Assembly: GCA_052279835.1 (NCBI GenBank)
Contig: CP181291.1
Coordinates: 1,888,001-1,952,000 of the forward strand
Length of the DNA stretch: 64,000 nucleotides
Source: Microcoleus sp.
GTDB lineage: Bacteria; Cyanobacteriota; Cyanobacteriia; Cyanobacteriales; Microcoleaceae
Reading direction: 5' to 3'
The position numbers were made by a program, and so were the translations under genes. How positions within the stretch are numbered: position 1 is the stretch's first letter; each line of letters begins with the position of its first letter. Positions 63,504-64,000 of this stretch are shown here, in pieces. Below the pieces are notes generated by a model. The model did not search any database. It saw only the letters and a program-made list of their open reading frames with translations, and was not told the DNA's origin.

Positions 63504-63962
63504 TTAGGCAAAAGATGGAGTCATCGCCAGCAATTCCTCAACTGAGAAAGGTGGCGCTTGAGGAATTTCAGATTCCGCATCCATGAGCTCTTTTATTTTC
63601 TCAAAAATCAACACGGCTTCTGATTCTCCGTCTGTTAGTCGATCGTAAAAATTAGGGATAGAAAACCAGTGTTCAAAAGCAATCTCTAACAAACCGTTAG
63701 CGGCTAATTGCACTTGCCAGTATCGAGAATATCTCCCATCGACTATCTCAAATAATGGGGCTGGATTGTGTATGGGATAATAAGTATACCGCTCGTCGCA
63801 AATATAGTAAGATAAATTTCCTTGCCATTCAGAAATAGCATAGACTATGTATTCTTTACCTGGGATTAGTTTGAATTCAGTTTCTGTGGTGATGTCTAAG
63901 GATGGGCTTAGGTAATTTTCCGGCAGTTGGGTTCCTTTGTTGGCAATGCAGCGAATTTTCAT
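63504..63962 (-). CDS. Hypothetical acidic/aromatic protein, possibly a toxin-immunity-type protein
   Basis: 152-aa ORF with G.EY.VYAI, P..LFEI.D.R.S.YW and FYD.L.DG...A..IF pattern; function inferred only. Confidence 0.65.
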   Translation of the reverse strand: MKIRCIANKGTQLPENYLSPSLDITTETEFKLIPGKEYIVYAISEWQGNLSYYICDERYTYYPIHNPAPLFEIVDGRYSRYWQVQLAANGLLEIAFEHWFSIPNFYDRLTDGESEAVLIFEKIKELMDAESEIPQAPPFSVEELLAMTPSFA

Positions 63963-64000
63963 AGTATATTACCTCACTGGTTTTTTGGTGCTATTTTGGG

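Overview
Chromosomal window from a filamentous oscillatorian cyanobacterium. The 16S and gene content resemble Microcoleaceae (Microcoleus/Tychonema/Phormidium autumnale group), and HIP1 GCGATCGC octamers are abundant. Core content: a full rrn operon (16S, tRNA-Ile, tRNA-Ala, 23S, 5S), mutS, gyrA, malQ, psbY, an rluB-like/rodZ-like pair and a NAD salvage operon (pncB-nadD-nrtR-pchB-like-nadE) with an NrtR-type operator. Accessory content: a DUF928 x2 / CHASE2 / MinD-ParA cluster, a TPS-CHAT protein coupled to a signal-peptide-bearing pterin dehydratase-fold protein, an RTX-DUF192 fusion, an epimerase/GT2/GT-C glycosylation trio and a vWA-FHA-PP2C module. The window is dense in small non-autonomous mobile DNA: three IS200/IS605-type remnants, several MITE families with visible target-site duplications, GTAG-type REP hairpins and tandem repeats. 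Several of these alter or sit inside genes. The best candidate for an undescribed system is a CHASE2 receptor with no enzymatic output whose cytoplasmic tail carries repeated basic helical motifs, encoded next to a MinD/ParA ATPase and two secreted DUF928 paralogs. No CRISPR array or intact transposase was seen. All family calls come from motif recognition, not database searches.
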